A DNA stretch of 64,000 nt from Betaproteobacteria bacterium (GTDB lineage Bacteria > Pseudomonadota > Gammaproteobacteria > Burkholderiales > SG8-39): positions 6,762-70,761 of the forward strand of contig SCUF01000253.1 in NCBI GenBank assembly GCA_004298325.1. Reading direction: 5' to 3'. The notes under the pieces are model-generated. The model was not told the DNA's origin. It saw nothing but the letters and a program-made list of their open reading frames with translations, and did not search any database. Of this stretch, positions 51,784 to 60,739 are shown piece by piece. Each line of letters opens with the position of its first letter. The first letter of the stretch is position 1. The translations under genes and the position numbers were made by a program.

Positions 51784-52965
51784 GTGTCGGCGCTGGAGCT
51801 GCGGGAGATTAGCGCGACAAGCCCGACGCTGGCGGAAACCATGCGCGTATGTCTCCTTCGCGCCGGCCTATCGAGGGCGAGCGGCGGGTCTAAGTTCGTC
51901 CTCGGGAATCCGAAAGCGTGGCTCGGCACCGCGTACCATGAAGTGCTAGAAAAGATCGTTCACGTCGACCTCGGACAGGAGCCTCTGCTCGACGCTGTCG
52001 CTCGCCTTTGGAACGAGGCCGTTGCCGCACAAGAGCGCCGCGCCAAGGCTCACGCGCTTGATCGCCGCTTCGGTCCACCGGTTGGTTGGCCGGGTTACCA
52101 CGTTGCGCGTGCGAGCGTTCTGCTTCGAGCCGAAGAACTCGCAGGCAAGCCGACGCCCCCAGAGTTGCCCATCGAGAAGCAGACCCGCAGCATTGAAGCG
52201 GCTGCGGCGACTCTTCGCGAACACGAGTTCACGGCCTTCGGCGGTAAGCTGCTCGGGCGCCCAGATGTGGTCCGCGCCGACGAGGTGGTCGACTACAAGA
52301 GCGGCGCGATCTTTGAACACGACGCTGCGACGCAAACCGATGTGGTAAAGGCAACGTATGTGCGTCAGCTCCACATCTACGCGTACTTGGTGAAGCAGCA
52401 GCTCGGTTGGTGGCCCCAACGAGGTATTCTTCTCCCTCTTGGGGGAGCCGGAATCGAGATTGCGTTCGAGCCATCCGCGTGCGAGCGAGAGGCGAAAGAA
52501 GCCCTAGCACTGCTGGACGAATACAACGATAGGTTGCGCGCCGGCGCTGGGCCTGAGGACTTTGCGTCACCCTCGCCTGAGAACTGCCGGTGGTGTCAGT
52601 ACAAGCTCGTTTGCTCATCTTTCTGGAAAACGTCGTCGCCCGCGTGGTCTGGGCACTTGGACGGTGCTGCTGTAGAAGGCGTTCTCGCCGACGGACCTGC
52701 AATGATCCACGCCGGTGCAGCGAGAGCGGTCAGCCTGGACATTCAAGGTGGAAGCGAGGTGCGGCGGCGGGCGCAAATCGCCCCACTAAATATAAGCACT
52801 CACCCTGCAGTCACTACGCTCGCGCCGGGCGATAGCGTTCGCTTCATAGGGCTTCGCGCTCGCCCCGATGGCGTGTTGGCCCCAAGCGATCGAACCGTTC
52901 TCTTCCGACTCAAAGACTTGCCATTTGTCAACAACGAGAGGGGTCCCATCGCGCGCGGTCCCTGA
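51784..52965 (+). CDS. PD-(D/E)xK nuclease, Cas4/RecB-like
   Basis: GRPDVV...VVDYKSG (D...D-x-K), YVRQLHIYAYL (QxxxY), C-terminal CRWCQYKLVC plus an N-terminal Cys. GTG starts 2 nt after the helicase stop. Confidence 0.75.
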   Translation: MSALELREISATSPTLAETMRVCLLRAGLSRASGGSKFVLGNPKAWLGTAYHEVLEKIVHVDLGQEPLLDAVARLWNEAVAAQERRAKAHALDRRFGPPVGWPGYHVARASVLLRAEELAGKPTPPELPIEKQTRSIEAAAATLREHEFTAFGGKLLGRPDVVRADEVVDYKSGAIFEHDAATQTDVVKATYVRQLHIYAYLVKQQLGWWPQRGILLPLGGAGIEIAFEPSACEREAKEALALLDEYNDRLRAGAGPEDFASPSPENCRWCQYKLVCSSFWKTSSPAWSGHLDGAAVEGVLADGPAMIHAGAARAVSLDIQGGSEVRRRAQIAPLNISTHPAVTTLAPGDSVRFIGLRARPDGVLAPSDRTVLFRLKDLPFVNNERGPIARGP

Positions 52966-53018
52966 TCGTGGTTGTCCACAACTTCAAAACTGTCTACTTG
53001 ACGGGGAAGCTTACGCTG

Positions 53019-56000
53019 TCATTTGGAGGTTCTTAGTATGCGCTGCAGCGTCTCGCGGTTTTCAGTGATGAATTCGCCAACTCGAAGTGACGCAAACCCC
53101 GTATGGGCGTGTTCGGCTACGAGCGAAATTACCACACCTGACTCGATCTCCCCTCGTATTTCATTTTTCCAGCGTATTAGGGCTACGACGAGCCGCGATG
53201 TTTCGGTGCGACCATCGTCAGTCGAGAGGGTCCCAGTTTTCGCGTAGATGCGAACTCCAAGGTTTCGCAATGCATCAAGAGCTTTGGTGGCTTGCAAAGA
53301 TTTGTACGCAGTACCACCGCTTTGGGCCACTGCAGCTAAACCGGGGCGCAGCCTCCTAGCTGCGTCCTCAAACGAGGCGCGTGATTCTGAATGCCGGACT
53401 GAACCAGAAGGCAAGTGAGCCGCTATTGGCTTCCCGATTACTACTGATGCGAACGCGGCGGCGAAATCCACGTTAGCCCATCGGTTCTCAGCCCCACCAA
53501 GTGCAAGACTTACGTACTCACGTGGGTTATGTATCAGGTCCAACCGAAAGTTCGGCGAGGGCGGTGAAAGATAGAGCAGTCGGTCGGACAAATGGTTGGT
53601 CGGGTCGGCATCGTCTTGTAGAGTCCAAAATGACCTCTTGATGCGGCCAGGATCCTCGTCATTACGTCTGACGCGAAACATCGAGAAAAAATTACTGGCC
53701 AACTCTGTCTGATGCAGATTCGTTATCGCATTCGGTTGCGCAGCCGAGAACCCAAGTTCGGGTGGGAAAGCAGGGTATCGGCGCCAGGGGCTTGGTGGTG
53801 TCCGGATGGATTCGCCATGCGACGGGGAAACTCCAGCCTTAGGGTCTTCAACCGGGTTTCCGTTGGAAAATTGGGCTAACCCAAGAAAGGCCAACCGCGT
53901 TTCATATCGGTTGTCAGAAACAGCCATGTATCCTGTGACATCGCGCCAGCGGCCATCGGCTGGAACGGGCCACGCCCTACCCCGTATGGGGATACCAAAC
54001 ACGCTGTTTTCTTGCTTCTCTCCGGAAGTACCTCGGGTACGAAGGTACTTATCCAACTGGGGCGTTCTTCGCAGGACCGCTGCCGCAAATAGTGGTTTCG
54101 TAGCCGAACCCATCTCGATCAAATCAAAATTGCGGTCACCGCCGTAGCGCAGCACAATTGCGGTCGGCGCTGTCGATTCCAACCAAGAGGCTGATGGAAG
54201 CCATCCTCCAGGATTTTGCCCCCATGTTCTAAACGGTGACATCCTCGGCCAGCCGCCAAGTGCAAGAACTTGTCCGGAAGGGACTTCCAAGATCGATAAA
54301 GCAATGCGCGGCGGCAGCGCTTGCCTTACATCGGTACGGCGCATCGCTAACAACTGTTCGTGTCGGAGTCGTCCCTTTCGCATTGTGAAATCCATTGCGG
54401 CGTTCTGAAGATCCACGTCGAAAGACAACTTGCCATAGTGGCGCGTCGCCTCGGCGCCCCCGAGTCGATGCCATTCATCGCGCAGACCAGCAGCGAGCTG
54501 GCGACTCCATGGAATATCGATCGTCAAATCTACGGCGGTTCTCCATCGTCCGTTAACCCATGCAGGGCCGATAAATTGCAGGTCCGTAGCTGATTTGACC
54601 CGATCTCGTGCAGTACCCCGCACTAGAACACTGGGTATTTCTTGATGATGCTGATCAGGTGTCAATTGCAACCGAATGTTGAATGCAGGATTGACTTCCA
54701 GACGCTCAACCTGTTGTGCCGTAGCTTCCGAATCCCGGGCGTGGCCACCAGTTACCCTGAACAGTAGCGGGCGGCGCGCTTCTGGAGGCGTTTGACTCGC
54801 AGCCATTGCGGCAAATGCGGAGTCGTATTCAGCAATAGTGCGAACGCGCGAAAGGAACGCTTGCAGATCCGGGGTTATATCCAGCCTTTCGGCCAGGGGT
54901 AACGAATTGAATCGCGTCACCTCCTGCTCGAGGAATGTCTCGCCGCTAAGTGTCAAGCGCAAATTACGAAGACTCACAGTTTTAGTTTTTGAATCCCATT
55001 CAATAAGACCTCGCTGAATAAGATCTTCAATATGCAAGATGAGGCGATCCCACCCGAACGGTTCCTTCAAAGTGTTGTTCTTGAGAATCCCGTATGCTGG
55101 GATGAGGACGCACAAGATTGCGAAGGTTACACATGTAAGCGCACCCAACATGATCGCGCAGGCCCAGCTAGATCGATTCTCCGGTTCGGCATCGCCAGCA
55201 CGCCCGTGATGCAAGATGGAAAAACCGTAGGGAGGAGAAAATCCAGTTCTCTCCCCGGTCTGGCGCCAGCAGATTGCTTGAGCGGCTAGACACAAGAGAA
55301 GAGTGCAGCGAATTGCATCTGTTGTTGAATTTACAGAAAGCAATGGCAAGTTTCTGCCAGTAAACGGTAGGGCGCCGACGTTCATCGCGGCCTGTATCAA
55401 CGCTTCGTTCAACAATCCAGCGGCAATGACTAGCGCGATGCAGTGCCCTATATCAAATCGGCGCCTGGCGCTGACACTGATGAGGATAAAGGGTAGGGCG
55501 TACATAGTAAGCAGCGCCAAACCTCCTACCAGACCATGCTCTGAAACAATGAAGAAACTGAAGGTGCTGTCGTATTGGAGTACATGTTGCGGCACCATGG
55601 ACCGTCGCGTTGGCGCATTTCCAAATCCCATCCCAAGCCATCCTCCGAGATGAGCGATGGCAGCGTTTTCCCAAGTATGTTCAATGCTATTCTGCAAACT
55701 CTGTAGCGGCACGCCTTGCCCGACGTCGCGGGAGAGTTGGGTGAACGGAAGCAGCTGCTGGGCGTTGTCTCCGCCGCGGAACACCAAAAGCCTGCTGATC
55801 CCTCGCTCAAGCGCTTTAACACCGAAATCAGGCAGTATTGAGACGCTGGCAATCGCTAGAGCGACCAGCAGAACTAGAGCTATGAATGCCGCCCCCAACG
55901 CATATAGACCGACTCTTACAGGACGTGCATAGAGCAAGACAAAGACTAGGGGTAAGACGTATGCGAGCGTTGCAAAGATACCGCCAACATCAAGCAGCGC

Positions 56001-58067
56001 GACGGGCGAAAAAATTGGAATCAACACCAATAAGCCCACAAAGAGAACCACTGGTACATCCCGAATTCGCGCGATACCACGACCAACTAGCAGTGCGGTC
56101 AAACCTAACCAGAGCAATAGAGGGATGCCTGCTAAGAAAATCGGGCCAATAAGCTCTTGAATGAGCACCTGTCGTTGCGCGATTGTTTGAAGTGCCCAGA
56201 AGAGCGCACAGGTAACCATGTACACAAGAAACCACACCGCGGCGAGAATAACGCTCTTACCAGGCCGCTGCACTAGCTCCCACAGGCCCCTTGCATGCTT
56301 AAAAACGAGTTGGCGAGGAAAATTTGTTGATAGATTCGCCAACCACTGGAGACGTTCTTGTTGTGCTGTATTTAGCCGATACGTGTATCCGAACAGCGCC
56401 GCGAAAGTGAGAAACACAAGACTTACTATGAGGACAGTGCCCCAGCTTGTTGCCGGCTTGAGGCGCTCAGGTAAGTTGGGCCAGGTTTCGGGAACAAGTA
56501 TTGAAAGGAAGATGGCGACACCCCCGACAAGCACCAGATATGCTAACGAGGACCAAAGGCGACCGCGTCGCTCCTTAACCCCGATTGATATGAACCGCTC
56601 GCGGTAGAGCGTTACTATAAGAAAAAGAAAAGCTGGGGTAAGGACAAGCGTGACCGTGGAAGTTATCACTCCACGAACTGCTACTAAGTCGAGGCCGGTT
56701 GGATCTAAGGCATACCGAAAGGCTAGAAGTAGACGCAGTGCCACCACATTCCAAGCGAATGCAGCAAGTCCAGCTATCGCCCAGACGTCGCGGTCCGCCA
56801 ACGTACGGACGCAGATGAGTAGTCCCAGCCCGAACGTCACTAGCGCGCATGCTAGCGCGATACTGAGTTCGTTCGTGCGCGGCAGATCTCGAATAGTCGC
56901 CAACTGGACGGCAATAGGCCCAAGCGGAACTCCGATCGAGGAGGTAACTCCATGCGGCTGAAAGCGGTCAACCCTCAGTGGTTGGACAGGACCTGGCGGG
57001 AGGGGGATGATCTCCCGTTCTGGTTGCCAACTACCCGGACCGGTGAAGATAGTTCGTCCGCTTTGCTCGCGCATCATGGTCGGGACATGAATGCCCCCGG
57101 CTGCATCTCCAAACGGCAGTTCAAATACTTTGTCCTGCGGCCGCGGCTCGCCAGTTATTACGAGCGGGAATGGCTTACTTGCATCAGAGACGTCCGGCAA
57201 AGGGATTGCCATCCGCCAAGGCGGGAGGAATGCCGCAGACAGTACCCCTTTGTCTTCGGTGATCTCCATGACAACTAATTGCCCAGGCCAACGGACCGTG
57301 ACTTTCCCGGGTAGCTTCAGTGGCGCTGTGGCTGCCTCCGAATCGTTGGAGTTATCCAGCAAACGCAGGTCACTCTCATATCCGAAGAACTTCGTTCGGT
57401 AGGCGATTTGGCGTGTGCTAGCCCATCTTTCTAAATCAAGCGCGAGCGAGGGGTCGTGCGAGGATGTATGTGCTCGCAACGCAACAATCCTCGAATGCAT
57501 TTGAGGAAGTAGTGCTCTAACCCCACTTGGCGATGTGCGAAGCTTGATTTCGTCGATCTTTATTCCGTTACGTGAAATGACTAAAGAGGATAAGAACCAA
57601 AGCTTTCTATGCTCTAAGATAAAACCACCACTAAGGACAGGCTGACCGTCGAGAAGGGGAATTCCGTTAACAGCAGCGCCTTCTGTTTCAACCAGTCCGC
57701 CGCCACCAAGTACCTTGAGTTCCGCCTCTGTCGCGCTCTTGCTCTGTATGACGATCTTCGGAGAGAACGATCCTGTAGGCCAGCCCAGTACGGCCTGCGC
57801 ACGTCGGCCTCCGAGCTCTAATTTGTGGGACGACCCCAGAGAAGTAAGACCAACCCATGCGATCTGTGTGTGTTCACGCCAGTATGGAGATGCGGCTAGT
57901 TGTCGCCAGACAGCTCCACTCGAAATGAGGACTACAAGAATTGCACCCACGATCGAGAATCGAGACACTTGCTTCGCTACGTCAGGCCCTCTAGAGAGGA
58001 GTACGAGAATGGTCGGGAAGCAGGCATACAGCAGTAACGGACCTAGTAGAAATAAGAGCAGGGTCAT
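53019..58067 (-). CDS. 1682-aa fusion protein: N-terminal TM + unknown domain, polytopic SEDS (RodA/FtsW/SpoVE-like) domain, extra TM, class-B-PBP-like transpeptidase domain
   Basis: SEDS C-terminal signature PQHVLQYDSTFSFFIVSEHGLVGG...NVGALPFTGRNLPLLSVNS (around 55.3-55.6 kb). PBP motifs SATK (54096-54107), SDN (53910-53918) and KTG (53232-53240), each verified against the DNA. Confidence 0.85.
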   Translation of the reverse strand: MTLLLFLLGPLLLYACFPTILVLLSRGPDVAKQVSRFSIVGAILVVLISSGAVWRQLAASPYWREHTQIAWVGLTSLGSSHKLELGGRRAQAVLGWPTGSFSPKIVIQSKSATEAELKVLGGGGLVETEGAAVNGIPLLDGQPVLSGGFILEHRKLWFLSSLVISRNGIKIDEIKLRTSPSGVRALLPQMHSRIVALRAHTSSHDPSLALDLERWASTRQIAYRTKFFGYESDLRLLDNSNDSEAATAPLKLPGKVTVRWPGQLVVMEITEDKGVLSAAFLPPWRMAIPLPDVSDASKPFPLVITGEPRPQDKVFELPFGDAAGGIHVPTMMREQSGRTIFTGPGSWQPEREIIPLPPGPVQPLRVDRFQPHGVTSSIGVPLGPIAVQLATIRDLPRTNELSIALACALVTFGLGLLICVRTLADRDVWAIAGLAAFAWNVVALRLLLAFRYALDPTGLDLVAVRGVITSTVTLVLTPAFLFLIVTLYRERFISIGVKERRGRLWSSLAYLVLVGGVAIFLSILVPETWPNLPERLKPATSWGTVLIVSLVFLTFAALFGYTYRLNTAQQERLQWLANLSTNFPRQLVFKHARGLWELVQRPGKSVILAAVWFLVYMVTCALFWALQTIAQRQVLIQELIGPIFLAGIPLLLWLGLTALLVGRGIARIRDVPVVLFVGLLVLIPIFSPVALLDVGGIFATLAYVLPLVFVLLYARPVRVGLYALGAAFIALVLLVALAIASVSILPDFGVKALERGISRLLVFRGGDNAQQLLPFTQLSRDVGQGVPLQSLQNSIEHTWENAAIAHLGGWLGMGFGNAPTRRSMVPQHVLQYDSTFSFFIVSEHGLVGGLALLTMYALPFILISVSARRRFDIGHCIALVIAAGLLNEALIQAAMNVGALPFTGRNLPLLSVNSTTDAIRCTLLLCLAAQAICWRQTGERTGFSPPYGFSILHHGRAGDAEPENRSSWACAIMLGALTCVTFAILCVLIPAYGILKNNTLKEPFGWDRLILHIEDLIQRGLIEWDSKTKTVSLRNLRLTLSGETFLEQEVTRFNSLPLAERLDITPDLQAFLSRVRTIAEYDSAFAAMAASQTPPEARRPLLFRVTGGHARDSEATAQQVERLEVNPAFNIRLQLTPDQHHQEIPSVLVRGTARDRVKSATDLQFIGPAWVNGRWRTAVDLTIDIPWSRQLAAGLRDEWHRLGGAEATRHYGKLSFDVDLQNAAMDFTMRKGRLRHEQLLAMRRTDVRQALPPRIALSILEVPSGQVLALGGWPRMSPFRTWGQNPGGWLPSASWLESTAPTAIVLRYGGDRNFDLIEMGSATKPLFAAAVLRRTPQLDKYLRTRGTSGEKQENSVFGIPIRGRAWPVPADGRWRDVTGYMAVSDNRYETRLAFLGLAQFSNGNPVEDPKAGVSPSHGESIRTPPSPWRRYPAFPPELGFSAAQPNAITNLHQTELASNFFSMFRVRRNDEDPGRIKRSFWTLQDDADPTNHLSDRLLYLSPPSPNFRLDLIHNPREYVSLALGGAENRWANVDFAAAFASVVIGKPIAAHLPSGSVRHSESRASFEDAARRLRPGLAAVAQSGGTAYKSLQATKALDALRNLGVRIYAKTGTLSTDDGRTETSRLVVALIRWKNEIRGEIESGVVISLVAEHAHTGFASLRVGEFITENRETLQRILRTSK

Positions 58068-60739
58068 GAGCTTCTAGGTCTGCCCTTTGTTAGTCGTTTT
58101 GCGCGGCAAAGAAACCGACTTATGAGGTCGCTATCGCCATTTCGGCTGGTACTGTCGCGATTACTTTTAGTCTTTTGCTTTACATGTTTGGAAGAGCTTT
58201 CTGGTGCGGATTCGTAGGAATCGCTCAACAAAGAGGGTTGACCCGTTCCACCAAGCCGAGTCTCCCACGATCGAAATTGCTCTTCCCAGTCCAAGCGAAA
58301 ATCGCGGCCGCTCAATCCCAGCAATCTGTTACCCAGCTGGTCACATGCACTTCTTGATGCCGGTTGGGTGACGACGTAATCGGTGGCCATACGCAGGAAG
58401 ATAGGTGTCTGGACAACTGCATGACCGCGTAGGGCTTCGGTCAACTGGCGATAGAGTCCTCCCAACAGATCTACGCCCCCGTCACAAAGCGCTAGGAGAA
58501 TCTTGGGAAGTGTTTCGCATCCCTCTTTGGTTCCAAGCCCTTCTAGTACTACTTCGATTGTCTCGGCACCAAGCTTGAGCTCATGGCCCATGCGTCCTGA
58601 CACCGTTGCATTAATCGCCTCCCGTAAAGCTTGTCTATGCGCGGTGTCGGGCTTGTCTACCTGCAACCGTTGGAGCTTGCGGCGGGTCTCTGCGTCTATG
58701 CTCGGCCGTGTTTCCACCAACAATCGCGCAACAATTGACTTCCACGTTTCTAGATCGAGTGTCTTGCGCTCGATGCTTGTGAAGTCCCCATACACGTATG
58801 TTTCAAGAACTTTCTCCCAATAGATTTCTGGCGCTTGAATCTTCAGCCAAGCCCGCTGGGCGCGCCCGGACGGCAACATTCTGTCTTTCGTAACCCAAGA
58901 AACAAGCACGGGGACTGCCTCGGGACCCACGATTCGCTCAATGGTCCTGAAATCCGCCGCTACTTGCTGAGATACATTTGAAAGCAGTTGACGCAATTCA
59001 TCCAAGAGATTGTCCCGCGTTTGGATCTTCGTCGATTGTTTCGTTCCGGAAAATTCCGAAGGCAATCCCCTAAGTGCGTGATCAATTGAGAGCAAGGGTG
59101 TCCATGCATCACCGACTAGCTGAGCAATTTGCAGCTTCGCCGAAATAGGCAACAACGTTCTAATGCTCGTGGAAGCGGAAGCAACAAGCCAGGCGCGCGC
59201 ATAGTCTCCGACGACAGCACTTCGGGACGCGGCGAAGTCAGCGCTGCAAGCTTCCAGGGCTGCCTGCGTCGTCGCTGTTGCTAGTGGTGCATGCGCTGAT
59301 GCAAGCCACACGCCGCCTGGATCTGCTCCAAGGGCAACGTAGTCGAGTAGGGCATCGAAATCATCGATGATGCGCTCCTTGACTACCTCGGCCAATTCGT
59401 TAAGAAGTGCGACGGACAATTTGTAAATCTTCTGCACCTCAACTATCGGCCAAGCGGGATCGTGGGCCGCTATACGACTGCGAATCGCCTTGCCTACAAG
59501 ATATTCGACGTGCTCATCCGAGTAGCCGTTGACCCGCAGATGAGTGATAGCCTCGATCAAATTCTGCGGAAACCCTGAATTGCCCTCAAGTGCAACCTGT
59601 CGAAGCCAGACCGCAACAATCCATTCCGCCGGGGGACCAGGCTTCATGGCCGTTAGTGCGGAAAGCGTCGAGCCTCGCGCTTGTAGTGCTGCTGCGAATT
59701 CTTGTGGATCGAGTCGCTGTGCCAACTCAATGTCTATGTCATCAAACGTATGACGCAGCACTATCGAGCTGATTGCTTGATTCGCGACTACCGAGCTTTT
59801 CTTGAGGGAAACAAGTAGCGCGTTTATCAATTGTTTTGACCTTGCGGTATTCGTTGTCCGCAGAAGGCGTTCGAGCTCTGCCGGATCAGCACTGATCAAC
59901 GCAGAGGTGGAAACCCGCCCTAGGGACAGAAAGACATCAATCGTTGCTGTCGGGTCAGTCCAGCTAAATACTGGTTGTGACAACAAGGAAAGATCTTCCT
60001 CACTGAAAAGACCAGCTTGTGTTGCGGAAGCGCATGCGCGAAGAATATTCAGACCTAACTGTTGAAGGTCTGTTGCTGATTCTGTTGGGAGCTCTGCGTG
60101 CTGTGCGTCATCGATTGCGAGGTGGCAGCCGAGAGCATGGGCTGTGTCGTGTCGTGCACCTAGCAGCCAACCGAATCCAGTGCGGAATGAAGTGGGAATA
60201 GTCTCGAGTTGACACGCAATCGCTCTGGGCTCGCGAGCGTTGGTCAGCTGCAGCTGACCCGCAGTAATCGTGAAGGGTTCTGTTTTGAGCGCAGAGGCCG
60301 TTATAGATGCGCCTAGCGAAGTGAAGGTGGTGTCGTCTCCCAGCGGTTCGGAGAATTCCAACGAAGTGAGTGCAGTATCTAGCGCGTCGGGACTGGAAAA
60401 TCGCTCTGGTTCAAGGAGCAGATTTCTCCAAAGCAGTGGCTGTTTCTGCAATGAAAGCATCAGCCGTCCTGCGTTCCAGCAGCAATTGCGCCATAGTTGT
60501 ACGCCTGGATCTAGCAAGAGAACGTACGCGTATCCTCCGCGATCTTGAGTGTTTTGACGTTGCCTTACTATGAGGAAAGCGAGACCATCGCGTACGCCAA
60601 CGCCCCAAGACGTTGTGCCCTCAGGCCCCAACCCTTGAGTATCCTCCATCGCAGCATTGTCATTGGCGATGTCGTCAGGCCATACGCCAACGCGTACTCG
60701 TAGGCCGAAACGCGTTCCTCCAAAGGCGAGAAGGCGCAT
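58064..60739 (-). CDS. large predicted helical protein (891 aa), unknown function
   Basis: ORF track; ATGA overlap with the downstream gene and TGATG junction with the upstream GTPase; no catalytic motif recognised. Confidence 0.75.
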   Translation of the reverse strand: MRLLAFGGTRFGLRVRVGVWPDDIANDNAAMEDTQGLGPEGTTSWGVGVRDGLAFLIVRQRQNTQDRGGYAYVLLLDPGVQLWRNCCWNAGRLMLSLQKQPLLWRNLLLEPERFSSPDALDTALTSLEFSEPLGDDTTFTSLGASITASALKTEPFTITAGQLQLTNAREPRAIACQLETIPTSFRTGFGWLLGARHDTAHALGCHLAIDDAQHAELPTESATDLQQLGLNILRACASATQAGLFSEEDLSLLSQPVFSWTDPTATIDVFLSLGRVSTSALISADPAELERLLRTTNTARSKQLINALLVSLKKSSVVANQAISSIVLRHTFDDIDIELAQRLDPQEFAAALQARGSTLSALTAMKPGPPAEWIVAVWLRQVALEGNSGFPQNLIEAITHLRVNGYSDEHVEYLVGKAIRSRIAAHDPAWPIVEVQKIYKLSVALLNELAEVVKERIIDDFDALLDYVALGADPGGVWLASAHAPLATATTQAALEACSADFAASRSAVVGDYARAWLVASASTSIRTLLPISAKLQIAQLVGDAWTPLLSIDHALRGLPSEFSGTKQSTKIQTRDNLLDELRQLLSNVSQQVAADFRTIERIVGPEAVPVLVSWVTKDRMLPSGRAQRAWLKIQAPEIYWEKVLETYVYGDFTSIERKTLDLETWKSIVARLLVETRPSIDAETRRKLQRLQVDKPDTAHRQALREAINATVSGRMGHELKLGAETIEVVLEGLGTKEGCETLPKILLALCDGGVDLLGGLYRQLTEALRGHAVVQTPIFLRMATDYVVTQPASRSACDQLGNRLLGLSGRDFRLDWEEQFRSWETRLGGTGQPSLLSDSYESAPESSSKHVKQKTKSNRDSTSRNGDSDLISRFLCRAKRLTKGRPRSS

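Noticed and set aside
53019-58067. Possibility that the many small plus-strand ORFs inside 53-62 kb are genes
   Set aside because: All of them lie antisense to three long minus-strand ORFs that have strong motifs (GTPase boxes, the SEDS signature, SxxK/SxN/KTG).
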